Below, in pieces: positions 28,150 to 36,746 of a stretch of DNA of 38,389 nucleotides (its first letter is position 1; each line of letters starts with the position of its first letter). Source of the DNA: Patescibacteria group bacterium (lineage in GTDB: Bacteria > Patescibacteriota > Minisyncoccia > Phycocordibacterales > UBA9973); NCBI GenBank assembly GCA_038063915.1, contig JBBTUE010000003.1:1-38389 (forward strand), given 5' to 3'. Position numbers and translations under genes: made by a program. The notes beneath the pieces are model-generated. The model made no database searches, had not been told where the DNA came from, and saw nothing but the letters and a program-made list of their open reading frames with translations.

Positions 28150-30243
28150 TTATATATCAAGTCTGGCCATTTTGGCGTGAGACTGGATGAAGGCTTTGCG
28201 AGGAGGAACTTCGGAGCCCATGAGCATATCAAATACTTTATTTGCATCTTCGGCATCATTTATAGTTACTTGTTTGAGTATTCGACGTACTGGATCCATA
28301 GTAGTCTCCCAAAGTTCTTCAGCGTTCATTTCTCCGAGACCTTTATAGCGTTGTACGTGGATTTTGTTTTTCTTCTTTGCTTTTTTATCTTCTTCAACCT
28401 CTGTCTCTTCCTCGCTCTCCTCAGAGCCACCTTCTTCATTTGCGGATTCTGTCAGGAGTTCTTCAATGGACGGAGCATCTTTACCGAGTAGTAAATCTCG
28501 CTCTTCATCAGAGTAAGCATAAAATACTTCTTTGCCTATTTTTATTTTAAACAGTGGCGGCTGGGCAATATATACATAGCCAGCATCAAGTACTGCACGG
28601 AAATATCTGTACATGAGAGTGAGGATGAGAGTACGAATATGTGCGCCATCCACATCGGCATCCGTTGCGATAATCATTTTATGATAACGCATCTTCTCAA
28701 TATCAAATGTATCTCCTATCGATGTACCCATAGCTATGACTAGATTCTTGATCTGTTCTGACCCGAGCATACGGTCAAGACGCGCGCGTTCGACGTTTAG
28801 AATTTTTCCACGAAGTGGCAAGATGGCTTGGGTTTTCCTGTCGCGACCCATTTTAGCCGTACCACCAGCAGAATCTCCCTCTACTATAAATAGCTCGGCT
28901 TCCTCGGCTGATTTTGTCTGACAGTCAGCAAGCTTGCCAGGCAGAGTCATACCCTCAAGAGCACCTTTACGGAGGATGGAGTCCTTGGCTGCTTTGGCAG
29001 CTTTTCGAGACCTGAGAGCTAGGATAGATTTATTTATGATTAATTTGGCTTCATCTGGATTCTCTTCGAGAAAACTTGTAAAAGCATCTCCAAATACGGT
29101 CGCCACAGCGCCCTGAGCCTCAGTAGAGCCGAGTTTGCCCTTGGTTTGACCTTCAAATTGAATTTCACGAAGCTTCACCGATATGACGGCCATAAGCCCT
29201 TCGAGGACATCATCTCCAGTGAACGCCCCATCAGCCTCCTTTAACATATTATTCTTCTTACTATAGGTATTTAGTACGCGAGTAAGTGCAGTTTTAAAGC
29301 CAGTGATATGAGTACCACCTTCGGGGTTATATATATTATTAGCAAAAGGAACTATGTGAGCATTTACATCATCTACATATTGAAGTGCAACTTCTACCCC
29401 GACACTATCCAGCTCGCGTTCAATATAAAATACGCTAGGGTGAATAGCTTTCTCGGATTTATTATAAAATTTCACTAGAGATATTAGTCCGCCTTCAAAG
29501 TAAAAAGTAGTAGAAGGAACTTCAATGGCAAGCTCCGAGAACCAGAAGACCTCTTCCTTTTTTGCAATATCTTTTGCAGATAGTCCTCGAGCATCGATAA
29601 TATTTATGAGCAAACCTTTTACTAAGTAAGCTTGCTGACGCAAATGATTGATAACAGTGTCCCATTCAAACTTGACCTGTTTAAAAATTTCTTCATCCGG
29701 CGTAAAAGTTATGATTGTGCCGTGTTCTTTTGAGGTACCAATTTTTTTAACAATGGCTTTACGTTTACCTTGTGAATATTCTTGAATGTGTTTACCCCCA
29801 TCACGATGAACTATTGCTTGGGTAAATATAGACAAGGCATTGACTACAGATGCACCGACGCCGTGAAGCCCTCCTGATACTTTATAACCACTATCATCTC
29901 CACCAAATTTTCCCCCAGCGTGCAGTGTCGTCATGACAGTCTCAAGTGCAGAAACTTTTGTTTTCGGATGGATATCGACGGGAATACCACGCCCATTGTC
30001 TGCTACTCTAACTGAGTTATCTGGTAGTAATGTGACCTCGATATGATTACAAAATCCACCCATCGCTTCGTCGCGAGAGTTATCAAATATTTCCCAAATC
30101 AAATGATGGAGTCCTTCTACCCCGGTCGAGCCGATGTACATACCAGGGCGTCGTCGCACTGGCTCTAATCCCTCAAGAACAGAAATCTGACTAGCACCGT
30201 ATTTGCCCGTAGAATTTGCTTTTTTTTCTTCCTTTTTGGCCAT
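28150..30243 (-). CDS. gyrB: DNA gyrase subunit B
   Basis: LEGLEPVRRRPGMYIG, DNGRGIP, SGGLHGVGASVVNALS, FEGQTKGKLG, VEGDSAGG, TDADVDGAHI, QRYKGLGEMN, PRKAFIQ. Confidence 0.96.
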   Translation of the reverse strand: MAKKEEKKANSTGKYGASQISVLEGLEPVRRRPGMYIGSTGVEGLHHLIWEIFDNSRDEAMGGFCNHIEVTLLPDNSVRVADNGRGIPVDIHPKTKVSALETVMTTLHAGGKFGGDDSGYKVSGGLHGVGASVVNALSIFTQAIVHRDGGKHIQEYSQGKRKAIVKKIGTSKEHGTIITFTPDEEIFKQVKFEWDTVINHLRQQAYLVKGLLINIIDARGLSAKDIAKKEEVFWFSELAIEVPSTTFYFEGGLISLVKFYNKSEKAIHPSVFYIERELDSVGVEVALQYVDDVNAHIVPFANNIYNPEGGTHITGFKTALTRVLNTYSKKNNMLKEADGAFTGDDVLEGLMAVISVKLREIQFEGQTKGKLGSTEAQGAVATVFGDAFTSFLEENPDEAKLIINKSILALRSRKAAKAAKDSILRKGALEGMTLPGKLADCQTKSAEEAELFIVEGDSAGGTAKMGRDRKTQAILPLRGKILNVERARLDRMLGSEQIKNLVIAMGTSIGDTFDIEKMRYHKMIIATDADVDGAHIRTLILTLMYRYFRAVLDAGYVYIAQPPLFKIKIGKEVFYAYSDEERDLLLGKDAPSIEELLTESANEEGGSEESEEETEVEEDKKAKKKNKIHVQRYKGLGEMNAEELWETTMDPVRRILKQVTINDAEDANKVFDMLMGSEVPPRKAFIQSHAKMARLDI

Positions 30244-30290
30244 AAAATAATTTAAAATACCCCATCAAAACCACCTCGGGATACCCCAAT

Positions 30291-30299
30291 ATTATACCA
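30291..30299 (-). promoter_or_regulatory. Extended -10 promoter TGGTATAAT of gyrB
   Basis: Perfect TGnTATAAT about 47 nt upstream of the ATG. Confidence 0.7.
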
Positions 30300-30312
30300 A
30301 AAGTTAACAACT

Positions 30313-30359
30313 AAAACAAGCCCAAAATCCTTATTTTATAAGGATTTTGGGCTTGTTTT
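30313..30359 (-). terminator. 22-bp perfect hairpin (3-nt loop) after the sensor gene, upstream of the gyrB promoter
   Basis: aaaacaagcccaaaatccttat-ttt-ataaggattttgggcttgtttt. Confidence 0.75.
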
Positions 30360-30365
30360 TAAGGA

Positions 30366-31499
30366 TTATTTTAGGTCAATATTCTTTATCCTATTTTGGA
30401 TGTTTTCTTCTAAGGTTTTTATATTGTGGAGCTCTTCTACTAGACCCTGACTTGCATCTTCGAGTTCAGCAATTTCTTCTTTTAATTCGCTAATACCACC
30501 CCTCCTGCCTAAATGTGGGAATGGATATCTCCTTCTTTGAAGAATTGCAATGACAATTGCTGCAACTCCCAAAGTAAAAAGAATGTAGATAGTACCAGGG
30601 CCCAAGAAATCTTGAACCTTTGCAAGAGTAGAAGGGTCGCCGTTATTTTCCATACCGGGGACTGTAATCCATTTATCATTAAGTATCTGTCGATCGTTTG
30701 TGCTTATTTGCTGTAAACCTTTGTCTAAGATTGATTGGAGAATTTCCTTGTCTTTTGGAATACCAAAGGAAAGCTTGTATTCATATCCAATATTTCCTGA
30801 AACCTTCACCGCATTTAGAACTTGCTTAGAAAGATAAAATGATAAGGACGCTATATCCATAACAGCAGCATCGACTTCTCCTAAGACCACTTGCTGGAGG
30901 GATATCTCATCATCAGTCATAGATTCAATGATTATTCTAGGGTTATTCTTTCGGACAAATTCTTCTAACGCCGACTTGTCGATAATTGCAACTTTTTTCC
31001 CTACTAAATCATTAATATTGCGCATATTGCCATTATCATAATCTTTGCGTACAACTATAACAGCTGGTACTGCGACGAAATTATCTGTAAAGTACAGATA
31101 CTCCTCCCTGTCTTTTGTGTCTGTAATAGATGCAATGACATCCCCTTTCCCTTGCTTTACGTCGTCAAGTATTTGAGATAGAGGTCTACTTTGTAAGTAC
31201 TCGACTTTCGCACCGACTTTTTGAGCAATTAATTCTATATAATCTACAGAGAGTCCTTGGGGAGTGCCGGCAGTATTTTCATATGAAAAAGGGGGGGAAT
31301 TTTTACGCGGGTAAACAACGATCGTGTTGTTACGAGATTTGAGCCATAAATTTTCCTCTGGTGTAAGAAGCGTAGATTCAGCATTTACTATATTACTAGT
31401 AAATAGTACCGCCAATGCAAATATATACACGAAGAAGGTATGGGAGATTTTTCTCATCTGTGACATTTTAGCATAAAATAAACTTTTTTCATTAATCAC
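30366..31499 (-). CDS. SBP family 3 (BvgS/EvgS-type Venus-flytrap) sensor domain + TM helix + short cytoplasmic coiled coil, no kinase domain
   Basis: LTPEENLWLK...PPFSY...GLSVDYIELIA...GEVDAAV...LQSILDKGL...LNDKW; TM IYILFTLGVAAIVIAIL; heptad tail ISELKEEIAELEDASQGLVEEL. Confidence 0.8.
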   Translation of the reverse strand: MINEKSLFYAKMSQMRKISHTFFVYIFALAVLFTSNIVNAESTLLTPEENLWLKSRNNTIVVYPRKNSPPFSYENTAGTPQGLSVDYIELIAQKVGAKVEYLQSRPLSQILDDVKQGKGDVIASITDTKDREEYLYFTDNFVAVPAVIVVRKDYDNGNMRNINDLVGKKVAIIDKSALEEFVRKNNPRIIIESMTDDEISLQQVVLGEVDAAVMDIASLSFYLSKQVLNAVKVSGNIGYEYKLSFGIPKDKEILQSILDKGLQQISTNDRQILNDKWITVPGMENNGDPSTLAKVQDFLGPGTIYILFTLGVAAIVIAILQRRRYPFPHLGRRGGISELKEEIAELEDASQGLVEELHNIKTLEENIQNRIKNIDLK

Positions 31500-31531
31500 C
31501 CTAGTATTATACTATGGCTGGGGATCAAGAG

Positions 31532-32623
31532 CTATATATTATCATGCTTTGCAGGTATGTCTTGTACTTCATCTTGCCGTTTTAGTTGATGCTGGGAAAT
31601 CTCAATTTTCTCCTCCTCAAGACCAATCTTCTTCTTTATTATACGCATACGAAGCCACGAATACCATGGTATAAAGTAGATAATAACTATGAGCCCTACC
31701 ACTGGGATTAGGAGTCCTAGTATATTAATAAATACCACAATGTAGTGAATTATCTTACTATCACTAACTAATAATTGCACCCCGAGGCCTGGTTTTTCTA
31801 CATTTTTGTTTGGGTCCACTAGGAACGGTGTAGCATTATATGCTCCCGTTAATAAATTAGACGAGCTCGCATACTGAAAAGCACCAGATGCGTCATTTTT
31901 AACAAGCACATCAGTCAATCTTTTCTTTTTGGTTTGTAGATATTCGATAAACCTCTCTCCTATGGATTTTTGAGAGGTATCTTTAAATGAGATTTTAGTG
32001 AGAGCATTGGGCTCGCCCTTGCCTTTTACAAATATCGACTGTTTTGATAAAATTGCCCGTGAATAATCAGTAATAACAGGTAATGCTATTATTTTTTGAG
32101 AATCATACACAGGAGTGGTCACTACCGCGATAGATTTACTTTCTAGTATATTAAGAGAAATTGATTTTAAGGAATCAAGTATGTTTGTACCTAATCCATC
32201 ATTAGCTAGAACTGCCCCCTCAGAAAGTCCTATGAATGACTCGCCAGATCGTTTGGTTTCAAATGTAATATCAAATATATTACCTGACTGACCTAAATAT
32301 CCAGGATTTAGTATTATTCCTTCAAAGCTTACTCTATTCCTTCCTAGGGATGGTTCTCTTGTCCAAAGGTTGACTATACTGTGAGACTTTGAAACAGCAA
32401 TGACCCTGAGTCTGTCTTCCGGAAAAGAGACAGAGCCTGAGACCGCGTTTATAGATTGCTCTGTTGACTGAGCCTTTATACTGATAGTAATCCTATCGCC
32501 TACTTCTATGTTTTGTGCTGGTTTAGATATGAAAAGTGATGCTGATCTTTCAAAGGCATCTGCCTTGATAAATATAGAGGAGAAGATAATAGAATATACT
32601 ATGAGTTTTATTTTATAATTCAT
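31532..32623 (-). CDS. Cohesin-domain protein with an Ig-like domain and a C-terminal TM helix
   Basis: VGDRITISI...SINAVSGSVSFPEDRL...NLWTREP...AVLANDGLGTNIL; TM near the C-terminus. Confidence 0.72.
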   Translation of the reverse strand: MNYKIKLIVYSIIFSSIFIKADAFERSASLFISKPAQNIEVGDRITISIKAQSTEQSINAVSGSVSFPEDRLRVIAVSKSHSIVNLWTREPSLGRNRVSFEGIILNPGYLGQSGNIFDITFETKRSGESFIGLSEGAVLANDGLGTNILDSLKSISLNILESKSIAVVTTPVYDSQKIIALPVITDYSRAILSKQSIFVKGKGEPNALTKISFKDTSQKSIGERFIEYLQTKKKRLTDVLVKNDASGAFQYASSSNLLTGAYNATPFLVDPNKNVEKPGLGVQLLVSDSKIIHYIVVFINILGLLIPVVGLIVIIYFIPWYSWLRMRIIKKKIGLEEEKIEISQHQLKRQDEVQDIPAKHDNI

Positions 32624-33492
32624 CTCTTCTTTTTATACCACGAAAAACGTGTATAAGCAAATACTAGTATCAGTATAGCTATAGATACTAGAGAAATTGT
32701 GCTTAATATCCCTGGAATGATAATATTTGATTCCCGTATATTTCCACTATAATCTACAGCTCTGATTGTTACTTGTTTAGAAAAGAAACCCCTATACATG
32801 GGCAACGGACTCGAGACTGTGGCCCACTCACCCCTATCATTCATCTCATACTTTTTAACTCCTGAGACAGAATCAATAGCGCTAAAGATAAGCATCGAGG
32901 GTGTGCGTGAAAAATAACTAGATTTTACTAGGCTCAGATCAAATGGTTCTGGAGGCTCGGCATCGTCTGTATTACTATTCTCTACTGTTGCTTCGAAACC
33001 TACTCCTTTGTCTTTCGTTATATTAATCGAGTTATTTAATTTGTTATGAGAAAGCTCTGTGCCATAACCATCATTTAAAAGCACAGTTGAATGATCTATA
33101 GACAGCACCCCGCCGCCTAACTCCTTAGCAACAAACAATAACCTTACGAGGGTCAGTGGACCTAAGGTCGTTTTATTTGGAGTATATAATCCCTCGACTC
33201 CGCCAGGAATAATACCACTCATCTGGATAACTCCAGATTTATCCTCGGGGTGTTTCAACCATAGTTTTATAATGCCACCACTCTCTTGATAGCCCTTAAA
33301 TACTAATAAATCTTTTGGGTAAGAAACTCCAATATCGATAGAATTGATAGACACCCCTCCAGTCTCTAGCACTATATCTATACTAAACTTTTGCCCTACG
33401 TTTATATTCGAAGGAACATCAAAAGATATGTCAGCTGCTTTAGCTGTGATAAATGAACCTAAGAACACAAGAATTATTATAAGTTTTTTCAT
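32620..33492 (-). CDS. Cohesin-domain protein with a C-terminal TM helix
   Basis: VGQKFSIDIVLET...INSIDIGVSYPKDLL...LWLKHP...VLLNDGYGTEL; AIDSVSGVKKYE...IRAVDYSGN; ATGA overlap with the next gene. Confidence 0.72.
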   Translation of the reverse strand: MKKLIIILVFLGSFITAKAADISFDVPSNINVGQKFSIDIVLETGGVSINSIDIGVSYPKDLLVFKGYQESGGIIKLWLKHPEDKSGVIQMSGIIPGGVEGLYTPNKTTLGPLTLVRLLFVAKELGGGVLSIDHSTVLLNDGYGTELSHNKLNNSINITKDKGVGFEATVENSNTDDAEPPEPFDLSLVKSSYFSRTPSMLIFSAIDSVSGVKKYEMNDRGEWATVSSPLPMYRGFFSKQVTIRAVDYSGNIRESNIIIPGILSTISLVSIAILILVFAYTRFSWYKKKR

Positions 33493-33503
33493 ATGATTCT
33501 ATT

Positions 33504-34382
33504 TTATCCAGTCCAATAGAAAGCAAGTATCGAGAAGTCGACAAGATTGATAATATTGTCATTGTTAGTATCTACACATCGAGGTGGATTATCTTTACCG
33601 TACCAGAAGGCCAGAACCGAGAAATCAACAATGTTTATAATTTGATCAGCATTGCAATCTCCCGGAATATTATTCACAGATTCTGTGCTTGGGATATTTA
33701 TATTACTTATAGTAAATTTAACCACCTTACTATTTCTCTTATCATTTTTATAATTTATCCTCACATTATAGTCTCCTCTCTGGAAACCAGCGAGTGAGTA
33801 TATAAATTTATATGTCCCATTAGATTCAGTAGTACCCAAGAAAGTTTCACTTTGTTGGCCATAAATTAATACCTCTACCTCTTTATCTGGAAGTGCGTAC
33901 CCCGAGATTGTGATAGAATCGGAAAATTTTACTTCGACTCGATCAGTAGAAATTGTAGGGGGAAAGCGTACTCCACTTACTGAAGTATAGTAGCCGTTTG
34001 TGACAACTATAGGGTAATTGAGTAGTAGCGACCTACGAGACTCCTCATCTATTGCATAGAGTGTATATATTGAATTTGTACTATATTGCTCGTAGAGATC
34101 AGCTGTAAACACCCCACCTACGTCAGCTATCGTAGTAGTGACGGGTAGACCATTTCTCCATATGTGAACTATGGCGCCTGGATATGCGAAGCCAGAGAAA
34201 CTCACAGTCGTACGAAATGAATAATCTCCCCCACCTCCGCCTATAGCAGTAGAGCCGACAACAGCTGAGACTGACACATTCTCTGGGGGAAGTACAATAT
34301 CAAAAGCGAGAATGGAAAGTGGAGTAGCTAGAGCTATCCAAAATATAAAAAATGATTGAATTATGAATTTGGTATTACACAT
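33504..34382 (-). CDS. Secreted Ig-like protein with a C-terminal dockerin
   Basis: Duplicated Ca-loop/helix segments GDCNADQIINIVDFSVL and VDTNNDNIINLVDFSIL; no TM anchor. Confidence 0.8.
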   Translation of the reverse strand: MCNTKFIIQSFFIFWIALATPLSILAFDIVLPPENVSVSAVVGSTAIGGGGGDYSFRTTVSFSGFAYPGAIVHIWRNGLPVTTTIADVGGVFTADLYEQYSTNSIYTLYAIDEESRRSLLLNYPIVVTNGYYTSVSGVRFPPTISTDRVEVKFSDSITISGYALPDKEVEVLIYGQQSETFLGTTESNGTYKFIYSLAGFQRGDYNVRINYKNDKRNSKVVKFTISNINIPSTESVNNIPGDCNADQIINIVDFSVLAFWYGKDNPPRCVDTNNDNIINLVDFSILAFYWTG

Positions 34383-35406
34383 GTGAAGGCGTATCGTTTG
34401 GCATACTCATACCAGCACGTGCCTTCTTTATAATGTGTCTGTTGTAACGTTTAATGAGCTTTCTTCCACCCCAGAACACAATAATAAATATTATAGCGAG
34501 GAATATAAGTAACTGCCATGGGAAAACAAAAAAGAACACATTCTTAGTAGCACGTAGAGCTTCAGTACCATAGAGAAGATCCATCTTGGCCATATAAGGA
34601 CCAAAAGCATAATTGTGCCATTGGTATAGTGCAGTATCGAAAAATTGAGCAAATCTACCACTCGGAGCTACGTAATCTTTCGGGTTAGGATTCTTTATCC
34701 AGTTTACTTCAAATCGTCGAGTACTACTTGGTAGTATGTTACCACTCGTAGGATTAGCATCTATTTTATCTTCAGGAATATAAAAGAGATCATGCATAAC
34801 AATCTTACCTACAGGTTTTATGCGGTCACCTCCATCATTTTTAAAACGATATGTAAACGAGACAGGTAAAGTATTATACCAAAATTTATTATCGATTGTA
34901 TTGAAGTCTACAAGTCCACCTGCTTCTTTTACATCACCACTCACAGAAAGAAGCACTAATATTCCGGTTTTTGCACCGATAGAAACCCCAGAATTTGCAT
35001 CACTCGGACTATTACCAAAAAAGATTGCACCGAAATGTCCTCCTGGTTCAGCATTTTTAGGAATATTTATAGAGAGATTTACTATTTTTGATTCTTTTGG
35101 TTTAAGTGTTAGTACAGAAGGAGCATTCATCCAAGTCCCAATATCATTCTTGGGTACCACAAACGAAGGATTACCTGTGTCTCCTGATGCTTCAAAGTTT
35201 GCGAAAGAAGAATAGTACGTCTCTGTACCATCATTTTCGTTTATTAATGTAACTTCTTTAGTAAGAGACTCGCCTGGATTACCGCTTATCTCTATTCTCG
35301 CAGGAGACAGACTAAGAGCAGAAGCTAGGTTTGCACTAAATAATACCCCTATAATTATTATTATAAAGAGCGCAAGTGTACTCCTGTTTTTGGAAAAAAT
35401 ATGCAT
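34375..35406 (-). CDS. DUF916/WxL-interacting-like protein with a C-terminal TM helix; paralog of 13025-14002
   Basis: LSPARIEISGNPGE, INIPKNAEPGGHFGAIFF, FKNDGGDRIKPVGKI, GPYMAKMDLLYG, FFVFPW followed by a TM helix. Confidence 0.7.
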   Translation of the reverse strand: MHIFSKNRSTLALFIIIIIGVLFSANLASALSLSPARIEISGNPGESLTKEVTLINENDGTETYYSSFANFEASGDTGNPSFVVPKNDIGTWMNAPSVLTLKPKESKIVNLSINIPKNAEPGGHFGAIFFGNSPSDANSGVSIGAKTGILVLLSVSGDVKEAGGLVDFNTIDNKFWYNTLPVSFTYRFKNDGGDRIKPVGKIVMHDLFYIPEDKIDANPTSGNILPSSTRRFEVNWIKNPNPKDYVAPSGRFAQFFDTALYQWHNYAFGPYMAKMDLLYGTEALRATKNVFFFVFPWQLLIFLAIIFIIVFWGGRKLIKRYNRHIIKKARAGMSMPNDTPSHV

Positions 35407-35427
35407 CTAGTGAAAGAAAGGGGTTAC

Positions 35428-36633
35428 TTAGAATGTTCCGGTCGCTATGAATGTTAGAGTATCTGTATAGTCATTGTGAGCAACAGTAGCAGTAGATATC
35501 GCAGCATTAACTACTACTTCTGCGTGACCTCCAGTAAATGGAGCGCCTCCAGAGTTTAATATATTTTCTCCAGCCGTTGTCAATAATTGAACTCCATTTG
35601 TTTCAGAGTTGGTAGCGCATGTGTCAGTGTTGTAAGGTGATGCACGAGAGAATGCTGTAAGTCCAGCCGTTGCTACACATAGGCCGTAGTTCTCTGTACC
35701 ATCGGCTATCGTACCATCAGCACTACCAATATTGTCACCACCAGCCGATGTGGACACAAGGCCACTTCCTCCATTAGCATTCTGTACAGTGACTACCATA
35801 CCTCCGGCACCACTTGTATCCCCTTCAAGTACTATCAGTTGCACAGCATCCGTTGTGCCAGAAACGCGAGTATCAACCGTTGTGATTGTACCAAGAGCAA
35901 CATTATATGGAGCACTTGATTCTCCTGTTGTACCGCCAGTTTCTGTATCGATATCAAATGTGATAGATGACCCAACGATAGCAGTAACAGTCACTTGGTC
36001 ATCATCAGCAATAGCATATGCTATCTGACTTGAGTGAGTTCCGACGAATGTTGTGAAGCAACCAGGTTGTTCATCACACATTTTAAAATCGATGTTTGTC
36101 GCAGCCACAGATGCTGGATTCAATAGCGTACCACCTGCACCTGTACCTAAAATTGTAAATGTAACTGCTGATGCTGCTGAAGTAGTAGTAAATGTTCCCG
36201 CTGATGGCTTGACGGTAAATATATTGTTTGTCGTATCAAAAGCGACACAAACATTTTCAGCAGTAGCAGAAGTACAAGTAATAGTACCGGCACCTTGAGT
36301 TGTGCCCTCTATTGTACGCGAACCAGTGCTGTCAACAAAGGTAAAGTCAGCATTGGCCCAAGTACCAGATGAAACAAAGCTTGCAGGAAAATCAAATTGG
36401 AATCCGTCTTGATTAGTACTTGTATCAAAAGTAATAGCAGTTGGCATTGTAAAGGTTATAACGTGGTCTGCGTTAGTACTAATTTTAAGCCTAGTTGCTG
36501 TGTCTTTTGATGCTGTAAAACTCGCGGCTATAGCCAAATTAGGCCCAAAAGAAGTAACAAGTATCAGGGCAATCATGGTTATAGCGCTTGTAAATTTCGA
36601 CAACGTATTTTTTGTAAACATTAGTATTTTCAT
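35428..36633 (-). CDS. Secreted two-domain protein with a WxL-like/pilin-like C-terminal domain
   Basis: Signal peptide from ATG 36633 (MKILMF); ends HNDYTDTLTFIATGTF; C-terminal ~180 aa shared with 36747-37847. Confidence 0.65.
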   Translation of the reverse strand: MKILMFTKNTLSKFTSAITMIALILVTSFGPNLAIAASFTASKDTATRLKISTNADHVITFTMPTAITFDTSTNQDGFQFDFPASFVSSGTWANADFTFVDSTGSRTIEGTTQGAGTITCTSATAENVCVAFDTTNNIFTVKPSAGTFTTTSAASAVTFTILGTGAGGTLLNPASVAATNIDFKMCDEQPGCFTTFVGTHSSQIAYAIADDDQVTVTAIVGSSITFDIDTETGGTTGESSAPYNVALGTITTVDTRVSGTTDAVQLIVLEGDTSGAGGMVVTVQNANGGSGLVSTSAGGDNIGSADGTIADGTENYGLCVATAGLTAFSRASPYNTDTCATNSETNGVQLLTTAGENILNSGGAPFTGGHAEVVVNAAISTATVAHNDYTDTLTFIATGTF

Positions 36634-36680
36634 GAATAAAAAATTAATATTAATAATAAAATTTATAATAATCCACTCGT

Positions 36681-36733
36681 ATTTTAGCATATTTTACCAA
36701 TAAAAGATACTCTTTTATTGTAGTTGTGGATAA
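36681..36733 (-). promoter_or_regulatory. Extended -10 TGCTAAAAT, a 10-bp inverted repeat (36698-36720) and a perfect DnaA box (36725-36733) upstream of 36633
   Basis: Direct reading of the sequence. Confidence 0.55.
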
Positions 36734-36746
36734 CTTTCTCCTTGTT

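Noticed and set aside
14722-30243. UGA recoding (genetic code 25)
   Set aside because: Core genes are full length in code 11, and TGA serves as a stop in the ATGA overlap at 32620-32623.
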